Below are positions 48,464 to 58,604 of a DNA stretch of 59,131 nt, piece after piece. Under the pieces are notes generated by a model. The model searched no databases. It was not told the DNA's origin and worked only from the letters and a program-made list of their open reading frames with translations. Within the stretch, counting starts at the first letter, position 1. Every line of letters starts with the position of its first letter. The stretch comes from a virus (lineage: Duplodnaviria; Caudoviricetes): the IMG/VR virus record IMGVR_UViG_3300044824_000068, positions 1-59,131 of that record. One strand, written 5' to 3'. A program made the position numbers and the translations under genes.

Positions 48464-49621
48464 ATGGCAAAGATTAAAAAGGCATTCAAAGAGGTTTCCC
48501 CGGACGGCAAGGAAGAAGTTGTCCCTGGTAAGGAGCCGCTTAAGAAGGACCCAAAAAAGAAATTGAAGGATCGCTGGAATTCTCTCAAGAAGGCCCTGAG
48601 CAATAAGGATGCCATCCTGGATCTCGAGGATGCTCAAGAGCCTGACGAAGATGAAGAAGAACAGGGACAATCGCAGGAACAACCTGCCATCCCTGAGATT
48701 CCAGAAGATGACTCTGAAGGTGGAGACGATGAAGGAACTGATCAATCGCAGGACATGGCTGGTGATGCAGGAGACGGACAGGATCCAGGATCTGAACCTT
48801 CTGGTGAATCGGAAGAAGCACAAGAAGACTCACAAGGAATGGAGCATGATGCAGATCCAGAGGAGCTTAAAGAAGCGCTAAGGCAGCAAGGTTACTCAGA
48901 GCAAGAGATTGCCTATGTAGTCGAGGGTCATCATTCCCCTGAGATCGATGAGAGCAAGCAAGCTAAGGCAGATGCAACTCATGCTATGTCTGAAGTTGAT
49001 GTCGATGCTGCTAGCAAGCAGTCAGAGCTCGAGCGCGAGATTGCAAACAAGAAAGCAGAACAAGAGCGTCAGCATAAGGAGATGCTCGCGGGCCACGACC
49101 TAGAACACAAGAAGAGGATGTCTGACGTAGAGTACGAAGGTGCCAAGGCTTCAGCTCCAGATCCTACCGTGGATAAGAATCATCGCCAGCGCATGCTTGA
49201 CTTAGAGTACGAGCAAGCTAAGGCCCAATCGCCAGATGCTGAGTACGAGAAGAACCACAAGAAACGTATGATGGATGCGGAGTACGACTCCACTAAGGCT
49301 CAGATGCCAGACGGTGAGAAGAGCGCTGCACACCAAGCTAAGCTAGCCGACATTGAACTTCAAGAGAGAAAGCTTGAACTCGAGATCAAGAAGAAAGAAC
49401 TAGAGCTTGAAATTGAGTTCAAAGAGAAAGAGCAAGCATTAAAACTTAAGCTGATGGAAGCTCAGATCAAGCAGCAAGCAAAGCAGAAGGATCAGATATC
49501 TGGCGAGAAGCATAAGCATAAGCTAGCCGAAGCCAAGAAACCACCAGCTAAGAAGCCTTTAAAGAAGTCGGAAGAAGACGAGGAATACTATGAGCAAGAA
49601 GACGGATCAGACGCTGAATAA
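48464..49621 (+). CDS. Charged putative head-internal protein with internal repeats
   Basis: LKKA and LKKS motifs; 25-aa repeats. Confidence 0.65.
   Translation: MAKIKKAFKEVSPDGKEEVVPGKEPLKKDPKKKLKDRWNSLKKALSNKDAILDLEDAQEPDEDEEEQGQSQEQPAIPEIPEDDSEGGDDEGTDQSQDMAGDAGDGQDPGSEPSGESEEAQEDSQGMEHDADPEELKEALRQQGYSEQEIAYVVEGHHSPEIDESKQAKADATHAMSEVDVDAASKQSELEREIANKKAEQERQHKEMLAGHDLEHKKRMSDVEYEGAKASAPDPTVDKNHRQRMLDLEYEQAKAQSPDAEYEKNHKKRMMDAEYDSTKAQMPDGEKSAAHQAKLADIELQERKLELEIKKKELELEIEFKEKEQALKLKLMEAQIKQQAKQKDQISGEKHKHKLAEAKKPPAKKPLKKSEEDEEYYEQEDGSDAE
49090..49355 (+). repeat. About four degenerate 25-aa (75-nt) coding repeats
   Basis: HKKRMSDVEYEGAKASAPD / HRQRMLDLEYEQAKAQSPD / HKKRMMDAEYDSTKAQMPD / HQAKLADIE. 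Confidence 0.7.
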
Positions 49622-50630
49622 GTGCGATGAACTTATTGAGAGACTCACTGAACTCAAAAAGGCTATCGGTCAAACCAACGTTCAATCTAGCAGAAAGCCA
49701 GTGAGCACGCTTGGGGCAGGTTGGTCGCAAGATTCATCGACCGGAGCACTGCATCACAGCAGTCACGGCGTTATTAGTCCTGGTAAGCAGGCAGACGGCT
49801 CGTTCAAGCCAGTGCACGGTGGCAAGCCGCTTGGAACATTCTCTAACATCGGAGAAGCTGGTAAGGCTATGGGTGCTCATGCTAGGAGCCTCAAGGGCGG
49901 AGATACCGGAATGGTGAACAGAGCTTCACCTAACCTACCCTCTGGTCCAAAGCTCGGTACGGGAAACGCCTGGGCAACAAAGAGCGAAGACGAAGAACTT
50001 GACAAGTCAAACTACGGTCCCAAGGGTAGCAAGCAATATAGCGCCGCGGACAATGCTAAGCGCAAGATGAACAACACCGGGGATCAAACGGGTTTCGGAC
50101 AGAACACGAACACGAAGGCATATAGCTCCAAGCCTGGACAGCTCAGCGCAAAGCAGCAAGCAGCAAAGACGCAGTATAAAGGTGCTGCAGGTCCTGTCAA
50201 GCAGTACACGCCTGAGCAGATAGCTGCTGCAAATGAGGCCCGCAAGCTAAAGAAAAACTCTGAGGACCTTCCCTGGGTTCAGCATACCGGAGTACCTAAC
50301 GCAGATGCAGAGCTAGCCAAAGTTAATGCGCAAAATCCTGTTAATAAGGCAGAAGATCTGATGGCAAATCAGCTAGCAAATGTGATGGCTGGCAGGGCAA
50401 TGTTGGGCATAAAACCACCACCACAACCTACCAATGAGCAGATGTTTGGGCACTTAGTGCCAAACGAAGAAGATATACAGAAGGCTGACCACGCTTGGAA
50501 TAACAGGATGAATTGGCTTGATGAGGCTGTTAAGCCCATCAGTGCAAGGTTCAACTCTCCTGAAGAAGAGCAGGCCTATTGGGACTCGATCAAAGTTAAT
50601 ACATCAAGCAAAGACGACTACGGTTTCTAA
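49590..50630 (+). CDS. Putative head-internal protein
   Basis: Multiple LKKA, LDKS, VNKA and IQKA motifs; low complexity. Confidence 0.65.
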   Translation: MSKKTDQTLNKCDELIERLTELKKAIGQTNVQSSRKPVSTLGAGWSQDSSTGALHHSSHGVISPGKQADGSFKPVHGGKPLGTFSNIGEAGKAMGAHARSLKGGDTGMVNRASPNLPSGPKLGTGNAWATKSEDEELDKSNYGPKGSKQYSAADNAKRKMNNTGDQTGFGQNTNTKAYSSKPGQLSAKQQAAKTQYKGAAGPVKQYTPEQIAAANEARKLKKNSEDLPWVQHTGVPNADAELAKVNAQNPVNKAEDLMANQLANVMAGRAMLGIKPPPQPTNEQMFGHLVPNEEDIQKADHAWNNRMNWLDEAVKPISARFNSPEEEQAYWDSIKVNTSSKDDYGF

Positions 50631-50695
50631 GATTTGACATGTTATAATCTAAGCTAAGAGCGGCCTACGGTGGTCGTGCTTGGTAGGGTTTAAAA

Positions 50696-51595
50696 ATGTT
50701 AGAGAAACGCTTTTACGCGGTTCCTCCGCAGGCCTTCACGGCTAACGGAACCGTAGATGGTGTAGTCACTATTGCGGGAAATGCTTGCGGCCTGTTCAAG
50801 GTTAAGCAAAAAGTTTACCTTTCAGCAACTGGTCTTACTAACCTATATCTAGAGATCAAAGAGATCGACAGCGAGGACAACATTCAAGTTGGTCCTATCC
50901 CTGGAACGCTCAATGTTAACAATAGTCCTAACATCAAAAGTCAGAATACCGGTATAAGCGCTCGCACTGATATATCCGCTTATACCGTAGCGTTGGGGGC
51001 CGCCATCTTTGCCGATGAGCAAAAACGACCCTCTATCGACATGGTAGAGATAGCACGCGCAGTATACTCAGAAGAACCCACATGCGCTCAACGCGGTATT
51101 CTAGTGGATGACTGCGGCGACACTTTCGGTACAAACAATCCATTCCCCGTAGCGTTCGATGGGACTATATCCATCGGCGATGTCTCCATCGTCGAAGGTG
51201 GCAACACCATGGGAGTTAATCCTGACGGCTCCATCAATGTCAATCTAGTTAACTCCACAGATGTACCAGGTCTGTTGCTGTTTCATAGTGATATATCTTC
51301 GGTGGTATCCGGCGTGGAGACAACTATAATCACTGTTACAGCGCCTAGTGGCGGTTTCAGGCTAGAAAAGATAGATGCGTCGGGTGAAAACGTAGCACTA
51401 TACAGAGTGTATGTCAACGGGGTGGAGATATACGATAAGAGATCTTGGTGGACTGCTTTCAACGTTAGTTTTGATTTCGAAAGTTTTGAAAACGGATACT
51501 TACTTACGGCAGGTCAAGTACTAACTGTGACCTGCTATCACACCAGACCTTATACAGCTAACTTCGAAGCTACTGTACTGGTGTTAGCTACTTAA
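50696..51595 (+). CDS. Putative virion structural protein
   Basis: 299 aa; beta-rich. Confidence 0.6.
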   Translation: MLEKRFYAVPPQAFTANGTVDGVVTIAGNACGLFKVKQKVYLSATGLTNLYLEIKEIDSEDNIQVGPIPGTLNVNNSPNIKSQNTGISARTDISAYTVALGAAIFADEQKRPSIDMVEIARAVYSEEPTCAQRGILVDDCGDTFGTNNPFPVAFDGTISIGDVSIVEGGNTMGVNPDGSINVNLVNSTDVPGLLLFHSDISSVVSGVETTIITVTAPSGGFRLEKIDASGENVALYRVYVNGVEIYDKRSWWTAFNVSFDFESFENGYLLTAGQVLTVTCYHTRPYTANFEATVLVLAT

Positions 51596-51607
51596 AGATG
51601 ATAGGAT

Positions 51608-51802
51608 ATGACTATGGCTCCGCTAGAACTTAAAAGAATGAAGTTAGAACTAATCAAGGTCGCTGCCGCGAGGCACGAACTTGAGTTCAAGATTGATGAG
51701 CGTCTTGAGGATATCAATAGACTCAAGGAAAATATTAAGATTCAAGAGGCTAGAGAAGCCGAGTTGAAAGCAAAGATAGATGCAGAGAGTGCGTCTAGCT
51801 AA
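51608..51802 (+). CDS. Small coiled-coil protein
   Basis: 64 aa; AGGA SD. Confidence 0.6.
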   Translation: MTMAPLELKRMKLELIKVAAARHELEFKIDERLEDINRLKENIKIQEAREAELKAKIDAESASS

Positions 51803-51819
51803 CGTTTTAGGAGTAAACA

Positions 51820-53007
51820 ATGTCAGATTATAGTTCAGAATTGCCGGTAAGGTCACAGTTACCCGGTCAAGTTGCTCCAGACGATATCATTGTCAAGCTT
51901 GGTGACGCCTCTAATCCTACTACCCAGTTGGCAAAGGTGGACACACATGGTAGCGTGTATAACGTTAACGCGGATAGTGCTGGTAACCTCATCGGCGATC
52001 AACATCTAAGTTCAACGTGGTGGCTCCAGATGGTTATGCCATCGAATGGCCCAGCGACCAACGGCACCGCAGCATTATTCTCAGGTCTTGCCGGTGGTAT
52101 CTATAATTCTGCAACTGGTTTAACTATCCCTCTTACAGCGGGTCAGCAGGCAGCTCTGCAACTAGATGCAGCCGGTCGCTTACTAGTGGAAGCAACATTA
52201 GATTACGATACAAACTGGGGCGTAGTTGGCGCGACAACTCTAAGGGTCGCTGCCGAAATCGGTAATGCAACTGGTGCAGCTAATTTTAACTACGGCGCTA
52301 TCAACGGCCAATCACTTCAAACTGCAGCACAACTTGGTAATGCAACTGGCGCAGTAAACTACAATTATGGAGCAGTAACTGCTCAGACGCTTCAAGTTGC
52401 AGCACAACTTGGTAATGCTGCTGGCGCGATTGACTATAATTACGGCACTGTTGATGCTCAGACTATTAGAGTCGCTGCCCAGATAGGTAATGCTACAGGT
52501 GCTGCCGACTTTGGCGCCGGTGCTACTGATGCTCAAACACTCAGAGTCACTGCTAACCAGGGTCTCCCCAACACTAACGCTAATGCGTGGCCTATCGTCA
52601 TCACGAGCGGCGGCACTGTCAATTCACCTACTAACCCTGTATACGTATCCTCGGATTCTACTCCAGGCACCACAATTGATGACTTCAAGCAAGCTGTTGC
52701 CATAGCTGTCAATGCTTCTGATACTCATTTTTATACAGTTTCGGCCGGTAAAAATTTGTACTTCGATCAAGTTGTAGCCGCAGCCTCCGGTCTTGCTAAA
52801 ATGTTAATTGGCGTGGAGACCGGTGTTGGAACTGGCATCTTCACGACTAAGTTTGTCCAGTTTAACTCCACCGCTGATGCTAGTATGGATCTTACATTAG
52901 CTAGTCCTATCATTGTTGCTGCTGGGGTTCGAGTTGAGGTCATCGTTACCAATCTCGACAAGGGTGCACAAGATCTTTACAGCACAATCTGCGGCTACGA
53001 AATTTAA
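51820..53007 (+). CDS. Putative fibre/whisker-like structural protein with repeats
   Basis: Ala/Gly/Thr-rich; tandem 25-aa repeats. Confidence 0.65.
   Translation: MSDYSSELPVRSQLPGQVAPDDIIVKLGDASNPTTQLAKVDTHGSVYNVNADSAGNLIGDQHLSSTWWLQMVMPSNGPATNGTAALFSGLAGGIYNSATGLTIPLTAGQQAALQLDAAGRLLVEATLDYDTNWGVVGATTLRVAAEIGNATGAANFNYGAINGQSLQTAAQLGNATGAVNYNYGAVTAQTLQVAAQLGNAAGAIDYNYGTVDAQTIRVAAQIGNATGAADFGAGATDAQTLRVTANQGLPNTNANAWPIVITSGGTVNSPTNPVYVSSDSTPGTTIDDFKQAVAIAVNASDTHFYTVSAGKNLYFDQVVAAASGLAKMLIGVETGVGTGIFTTKFVQFNSTADASMDLTLASPIIVAAGVRVEVIVTNLDKGAQDLYSTICGYEI
52215..52560 (+). repeat. Four to five 75-nt coding repeats
   Basis: (V/T)AAQ(L/I)GNA(T/A)GA(A/V/I)(N/D)(F/Y)NYG...AQTL repeated. Confidence 0.8.
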
Positions 53008-53064
53008 TAGGAATAAGATCGATAAGTTTTGTCGAGTTTATAGATCTTATTTAAGGGGATTCAC

Positions 53065-53757
53065 TTGGCAGATTTGACAAGACTACAATCAGACCTACCG
53101 GTCAATATAGCTGGTGTCAATCCATCCACTGGGGTTGGTACCTTTTTTGCTAACGTTGACACTAACGGTAACTTATTTGTTCTTCCTACTAACGCTGGTC
53201 CCGTGTCACCAGGCACTGCCGCAGTAAATTCAGGCTTAGCTGGTGGTGTTTATAACACAACGCTTCCAACTCTCACAAATACTCAACAAGCCGCGTTGCA
53301 ACTTGATTCCTCTGGTCGTCTAATTATTTCGCCTACAGACTTCACTGTAGCTCAAGCAAGTACAACGTCAGGACAAAGTGGAAGTCTAGTGATGGGCGCG
53401 GTTACAACCAACCCTCCTGCTTATACCGCTGGTCAAACAGATCCACTATCTCTAACTATTGATGGTGACCTACGTGTAGCTGACATCATCAACACCTCGG
53501 GTCAGTATAGGGCTCAGTCTATAACTACAACAGCAGCTGAAGCACTTGGCGGAGCTACTATCTTAGCTAACAGGAAGATGCTAAGTATCACTCCAACGAA
53601 TGGCACTATATATTGGGGCTTTAGCAATGCAGTTACCGCAACTACGGGATCACCTATATTTAAGAACCAACAGATGACGTTCGCTGTTGGAGCGAACGTT
53701 CATATTTATGTTATCGCGACAGCCACTACGGATAGTAGAATAAGTGAAGGTAGCTAA
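53065..53757 (+). CDS. Putative structural protein, partial paralog of 51820..53007
   Basis: Shares GLAGGxYN...QQAALQLDxxGRL and the N-terminal S(D/E)LPV. Confidence 0.65.
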   Translation: MADLTRLQSDLPVNIAGVNPSTGVGTFFANVDTNGNLFVLPTNAGPVSPGTAAVNSGLAGGVYNTTLPTLTNTQQAALQLDSSGRLIISPTDFTVAQASTTSGQSGSLVMGAVTTNPPAYTAGQTDPLSLTIDGDLRVADIINTSGQYRAQSITTTAAEALGGATILANRKMLSITPTNGTIYWGFSNAVTATTGSPIFKNQQMTFAVGANVHIYVIATATTDSRISEGS

Positions 53758-54590
53758 TGGCAATTAATACTCCTTTCATCACTTCTACGCAAGTTGCATC
53801 GTCGACTCCATTTGACCCAACTACTGGCGACGGGTTCATAGGCACAGATGTTCAATCTGCTTTGCAAGAGTTAAGAAACTACACAGTATATGACTCTGAT
53901 ATTACTGCAACCACTGCGAGCGGTACACTTACGCTGTTGCCTCCTATTGCTGGCGGCCAAGTAAACGGAGCCACAAGTCAGCGTCTTCAAATATTAACTG
54001 GATCAGCTACTGGGTATACAGTCAAGATGCCAAGTGCACTCACTTTGTCTATAAGCGCTGAATATCTTATTGCGAACACATCTAGTCGACCTGTAACTAT
54101 TGAAGACGGCGGCGGAAATGTTTTATTCACGCTGAGTCAAAGTTCTATTGGCACAATGATATTGCAAGCTGCTGGCAGTGCGGCTGGTACCTGGCTATGG
54201 TGGCAAACTTCATTAAACGTCGCTGCTGGTATCATCGTCTACAACATTACCTCTACTACAGCTTTCGCTACTTCTGCAAGTGCGATGACATTAATAACTG
54301 GAATGTCAGTAGTTCCTCAGGCGGGTACTTACTCTATATGGTTTAATTCGTCTATCACCGGTTCTGGTTCTGCACAAGCGATGGATGTTCAAATACAGAA
54401 TGGTGCAACAGTTATTACAGATTCACCTAGAGAAGCAGCTACGCCAGCCGGATCGCACGTAACAATTCTAGGAACGCAAACAACTGCTCAATTTAATGGC
54501 ACCAGTGCTTGTGCGGCATATGTAAATGCAAACGGCAACAGCATGACTGTTAACCAAAGAAGCCTTTTAATGATAAGGACAGGAACATAA
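53757..54590 (+). CDS. Putative structural protein
   Basis: TDVQSALQEL motif; Thr/Ser-rich. Confidence 0.6.
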   Translation: MAINTPFITSTQVASSTPFDPTTGDGFIGTDVQSALQELRNYTVYDSDITATTASGTLTLLPPIAGGQVNGATSQRLQILTGSATGYTVKMPSALTLSISAEYLIANTSSRPVTIEDGGGNVLFTLSQSSIGTMILQAAGSAAGTWLWWQTSLNVAAGIIVYNITSTTAFATSASAMTLITGMSVVPQAGTYSIWFNSSITGSGSAQAMDVQIQNGATVITDSPREAATPAGSHVTILGTQTTAQFNGTSACAAYVNANGNSMTVNQRSLLMIRTGT

Positions 54591-54591
54591 C

Positions 54592-55230
54592 ATGGCTGAC
54601 TCAGAATACGATTTTACGCAGAGTCCTTGCGAGATAACAAGCTTAACCGCAGCTATTCAGGGTAGTTCAATAGTTACTGCTCTTGACTACATTACTATAT
54701 ATGGCAATGAAGTTGCTGTGTTCTTTAAAGCTCCACTGTCAACTGGAGACCAAACGACTCTTGCTGCCTTAGTTGCCGCTAACACTGGAGTTCCCATAGT
54801 TCCAGAGCTAATTGCACAAAAGGTAGTCCAGGTTCTCGGGGCCGATACATTAACTCTGTCCCCTTTTGGATCATTGATTAGTCCAGCTGCTGGTACACTT
54901 ACTAATTGTGATGTCCTCATTCCTATGGCTGTAGTGCTTCGTGGTGGAATTGTGTTCTCCCCAAACTCTGCAATGGGTGACTGGTTCTCTGTATCTGTGA
55001 TCGATAAAGACAATGTTACGGGGCAAGGTGGTACTCCTGACAGTCCCACTATCCTTGCAACCTATATCACTAGTTGGTACATGATGCCAGGCATAGAAAA
55101 CTGTGTAGAAGACGTATCTATCAGCGAACAATTGCCTCAGGGTCTATACATGAGAATTGCATATACGTCTGTGGGCACGACCGCACCAAATGTTTTAATC
55201 AACTTCATCACATACGTAGGAACACCATAA
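54592..55230 (+). CDS. Putative structural protein
   Basis: 212 aa; coupled in the operon. Confidence 0.6.
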   Translation: MADSEYDFTQSPCEITSLTAAIQGSSIVTALDYITIYGNEVAVFFKAPLSTGDQTTLAALVAANTGVPIVPELIAQKVVQVLGADTLTLSPFGSLISPAAGTLTNCDVLIPMAVVLRGGIVFSPNSAMGDWFSVSVIDKDNVTGQGGTPDSPTILATYITSWYMMPGIENCVEDVSISEQLPQGLYMRIAYTSVGTTAPNVLINFITYVGTP

Positions 55231-55772
55231 TGTACGGACATATAGTCTTAGCAGACACTAAGTCTGGATTTATCCCCTCTGGTATCAAGTGGATAACCAA
55301 CTCTCAGTTCAGTCACAGCTTTGTAACTACGCCAGATGTTCTTGGCATACCGATGTGTATCGAAGCTGCTGAAGGCGGAGTAGACTTTACCAGGTTTGAT
55401 ACGGGCTACGAGAACAACCAGAACGAAGGGTATGAGGTCTGGAATGTCAAGATAGATCAGAGCATCAAGGATGTAGCTATCGTTTCTATCCTCGCAGATC
55501 TAGAGACAGGTTATGGCTTTCTTCAATTCCCGTGGTTCGTGTGGCGCAAGCTTAACTCACTCGTCGGTCGTGATATCAAGGCACAGAATAACTGGGATAC
55601 AGATGGAATGATATGCTCGCAGCTCTGCGTCGCATACTTGAAGGCATGCGGACTGCAGAGCGTGCTAGCTGGATATGGTGATGGTGCTATTGCTCCGCAA
55701 GACCTGCAGAGCATATTCATGGCTCATCCTGAGCTATTCGAGAAAGTAACGGACGTAAGACTTACTCAATAA
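55230..55772 (+). CDS. Permuted papain-like (NlpC/P60, YiiX-like) enzyme
   Basis: His precedes Cys: IKWITNSQFSHS, IEA, ICSQL; TAATG coupling. Confidence 0.75.
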   Translation: MYGHIVLADTKSGFIPSGIKWITNSQFSHSFVTTPDVLGIPMCIEAAEGGVDFTRFDTGYENNQNEGYEVWNVKIDQSIKDVAIVSILADLETGYGFLQFPWFVWRKLNSLVGRDIKAQNNWDTDGMICSQLCVAYLKACGLQSVLAGYGDGAIAPQDLQSIFMAHPELFEKVTDVRLTQ

Positions 55773-56139
55773 TGAGATCGTCTAAGATCATCAGTTCTTG
55801 AGTAGTTAGTAACACCTTGTCGCCTAGATCACTGATCTTGATGCTGCCGGCGTTAATATCAAGTGCAAGAAGCGCGTTAAGCTCGTCGATGAATATCTTC
55901 ATGTTATCATCGCTCAGCTTCACAGTGCCGTTGGCATCTGCGTCCAAAGAACCGTCTTCCTTCTTGTCACCAAGGCGCCTCAAGGCTTCACCCCTCACTT
56001 CTTCGTACTTAGCAAACTCATCGTTTCCGACCTTGAGAATGCCTCTAAGTTTGAAGGCAGTCTTAAGTGGAATCTCTTGAGCAGCTAGCTTCCTGAGGAT
56101 TGCTTGGTAGTTTGGGTCAACAAGTTTGCCTAGTTTCAT
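55762..56139 (-). CDS. Hypothetical protein
   Basis: 125 aa; AGGAG SD; upstream TATAAT. Confidence 0.7.
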   Translation of the reverse strand: MKLGKLVDPNYQAILRKLAAQEIPLKTAFKLRGILKVGNDEFAKYEEVRGEALRRLGDKKEDGSLDADANGTVKLSDDNMKIFIDELNALLALDINAGSIKISDLGDKVLLTTQELMILDDLIIE

Positions 56140-56180
56140 TCTGTAAATCTCCTGCGAGGTATTATACTATTGGAGTCAAA

Positions 56181-56447
56181 ATGAACTTACAAAAAAATGC
56201 TACATATTGCTTCAACCTACTAAAGGGATTCGGCAAGGAGTCTTTTGCTGTTGCTATCCTTGTTGCCGGCATAATCTTTCGTTGTAAGGGGTTGATAGAT
56301 GGTGCCCAGTTTGTAGACCTGATAAAGAACATAGGAATGACATATCTTGCCAGTCACACTATTAATTCCACCTGGGGCGGTAACATCACCAGCGTGGTAC
56401 CTGTGCCTCCAAATGCTACAGTTGATGACCCCGATAAGGGTCTGTAA
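56181..56447 (+). CDS. Small membrane protein (holin-like candidate)
   Basis: GGAG SD; hydrophobic segments. Confidence 0.45.
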   Translation: MNLQKNATYCFNLLKGFGKESFAVAILVAGIIFRCKGLIDGAQFVDLIKNIGMTYLASHTINSTWGGNITSVVPVPPNATVDDPDKGL

Positions 56448-56613
56448 GGCCTATCTTGGGGCACAAGAATCCATAACAAACGCATCTCGGGGCATTCTAG
56501 GACGTTTAGAAATGCAATAACGGGATGTATATTGATTCCATTTTTGCACTTGCGTATAACCTAGGTTGACCCCGTGATATCATAGTAGTAGGCTAGTGGC
56601 CCACGGGAGACTC

Positions 56614-57024
56614 ATGTCTGATAGTAAGAAGATAGACTATATACAAGAGAGAGTTGACTCGGTAGCGAGCACCATAGCCGGCATAGACAAAGATATGGCT
56701 ATCCAGAAGGCCAACTTTGAAGTCCACACCAGGCAAGATGAGCAGATGTACTGCGAGCTCAAGAGGATGAACGATATCCTGCAGCAGAACACAGATTCCC
56801 TAAAAGAACACATGGATAATAACGTCCTACTTAAGGACATGATCAACAATATGAACAAGCGTCTCGAGCCAATCGAGATCGAGTTCATCCAGAAGGCAGC
56901 AGTGAGAAGCTGGGTAATGTCTAAGGCTAAATTCATAGGTAAGGTCGGCGGCGCTATAGTGGCTGTTATAGGCGTATGGATGTATGTCGCACCTTTGCTA
57001 GGACATCTACTCTCACTTAGGTAA
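56614..57024 (+). CDS. Coiled-coil protein with C-terminal transmembrane helix
   Basis: GGAG SD; VGGAIVAVIGVWMYVAPLL. Confidence 0.6.
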   Translation: MSDSKKIDYIQERVDSVASTIAGIDKDMAIQKANFEVHTRQDEQMYCELKRMNDILQQNTDSLKEHMDNNVLLKDMINNMNKRLEPIEIEFIQKAAVRSWVMSKAKFIGKVGGAIVAVIGVWMYVAPLLGHLLSLR

Positions 57025-57097
57025 CCAATTCTGATATAGTATAACCTGATTGGCCATGAGAATTACCTCATGCCCGTAACTTCTTGAAAGGAAGTAT

Positions 57098-58141
57098 ATG
57101 GCCCAACAACCGAACAACTCTGGCGGAAATGTATCCGCTCCATATAGAGCACCCGCTGCAAAAGTAATTGCAGGGGCTCTAGCAAACAACAAGGTGGCTC
57201 AGTCGCTAATCAATGCACTGGGCGTACGCTCAATAAACGCTATCGTAGCAACCAGCACATCCCCAACTGCAAACTTCGCCAACTTACAAGTTGGCGACTA
57301 TGTTGTTCATATGGCCGCTGGCTCAACTTCGCCACTGGGCAATGCTGCTGGATACGCAATCTTGGGTGCGTCGGCCGTGACGGGTTCTACTGGATCTGGT
57401 AGCACGCTAACTGGTAACCTAGGTATTTATCCTAACAACGCTACTTCCATCACCAACTTTCCTCCAAGCACCTATACCGGTGTGGAGAATGCTGGCAATG
57501 CTGCGGCTCATGCAGCACAAACTGATGCTCAAACTGCATTCACTTCAATGCAGACTATGGGATTAGCTGGAACAACAATCGCATCTGCCCTTGACGGTCA
57601 AACTCTAACCCCTGGCGCGTATAAGTTCTCCTCGGGTGCAGCAACATTGGACGGTGGCGGTGCACTCACCTTCAACGGTTCAGGCATGTATATCATCTAT
57701 ACTGCGTCGACGCTCACTACTGGCTCTAGCGGTACTCCGGTGATGACGCTTGCTAGTGGTGCTACAGCTGCTAACATCTTCTGGATAATCGGTAGCTCTG
57801 CTACTATCAACTCTGGTTTCTCTGGAATCTTCCAAGGTAACGTGATCGCTCAGGCAAGTGTCACCGTCACTGACGGCGGCACTGTTGACGGCGGTTTGAT
57901 TGCATTGACAGGCGGAGTGACGCTCAGCAATACGACAGCAGTTAATACTGAGTCGAGTGCTGGCGGACAGGTAAGCTATAGCACTATTGCTACAGCTGGC
58001 AATCTCGGCATGGCTGCAGTTGTTGGTGACCTATATCTTGACCTTGCGGTCGTCAATCTCGACAGCAATAACCCACTCATTCCACCGCCACCAGCCCAGC
58101 TTACGGCTAGACACACCGGCGACGGCGGCTTGGATTTTTAA
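57098..58141 (+). CDS. Ice-binding-like (DUF3494) domain protein
   Basis: LGNAAGYAILGASAVT, GNLGIYP, AQTDAQTAF, LTPGAY, ANIFWIIGSSATI, FQGNVIAQ, GGLIALTGGVTL. Confidence 0.85.
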   Translation: MAQQPNNSGGNVSAPYRAPAAKVIAGALANNKVAQSLINALGVRSINAIVATSTSPTANFANLQVGDYVVHMAAGSTSPLGNAAGYAILGASAVTGSTGSGSTLTGNLGIYPNNATSITNFPPSTYTGVENAGNAAAHAAQTDAQTAFTSMQTMGLAGTTIASALDGQTLTPGAYKFSSGAATLDGGGALTFNGSGMYIIYTASTLTTGSSGTPVMTLASGATAANIFWIIGSSATINSGFSGIFQGNVIAQASVTVTDGGTVDGGLIALTGGVTLSNTTAVNTESSAGGQVSYSTIATAGNLGMAAVVGDLYLDLAVVNLDSNNPLIPPPPAQLTARHTGDGGLDF

Positions 58142-58169
58142 TTTTAACTAAACTAGGAGAATAAATAAT

Positions 58170-58577
58170 ATGTCAGTACAACCAAACAACTCAGGCGGAA
58201 ACGTCTCGGCCCCAAACAGAGCCCCAGCAGCAAAAGTTATTGCTGGTGCACTTGCTAATAACCGCGTAGCTCAAGCGCTCATCGCAGCGTTGGGATCTTA
58301 TTCGATCTCATACTCCGTTGTAGCGACCAACGTATCTACAACTGTTAACTTCAGTGGTTTGCAAGTCGGCGACTACCTACTTCACGTTCCCGTGTCACCA
58401 GGCAGTGCACAGTTTGCTGCAGTAATTGCTGCAGGAACCGCACCGTTTGCTGCAGTCGTTGGCGACCTATACTTGGCGTTGCGCGTAGTTAACTTGGATT
58501 ACAATAACCCAATCATCCCTCCAGCTCCTGCAGGCAATACTGCAAGACAGACTGGTGACGGTGGCTTAGACTTCTAA
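58170..58577 (+). CDS. Small paralog of the flanks of 57098..58141 (putative decoration protein)
   Basis: Near-identical N-terminus QPNNSGGNVSAP..KVIAGALANN and C-terminus TGDGGLDF. Confidence 0.75.
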   Translation: MSVQPNNSGGNVSAPNRAPAAKVIAGALANNRVAQALIAALGSYSISYSVVATNVSTTVNFSGLQVGDYLLHVPVSPGSAQFAAVIAAGTAPFAAVVGDLYLALRVVNLDYNNPIIPPAPAGNTARQTGDGGLDF

Positions 58578-58604
58578 TAAGAGTTTAAGTTAAGAAAAGT
58601 AATT

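Noticed and set aside
52215-52560. CRISPR-like or DGR-like repeats
   Set aside because: These are in-frame 75-nt degenerate coding repeats with no unique spacers, and there is no cas or reverse transcriptase gene in the window.
5554-56936. Many antisense or alternate-frame ORFs in the track (e.g. 5554..6102, 25341..25934, 45187..45816, 46041..46688)
   Set aside because: They are shadows of well-supported genes on the other strand or frame and have no motifs or RBS.
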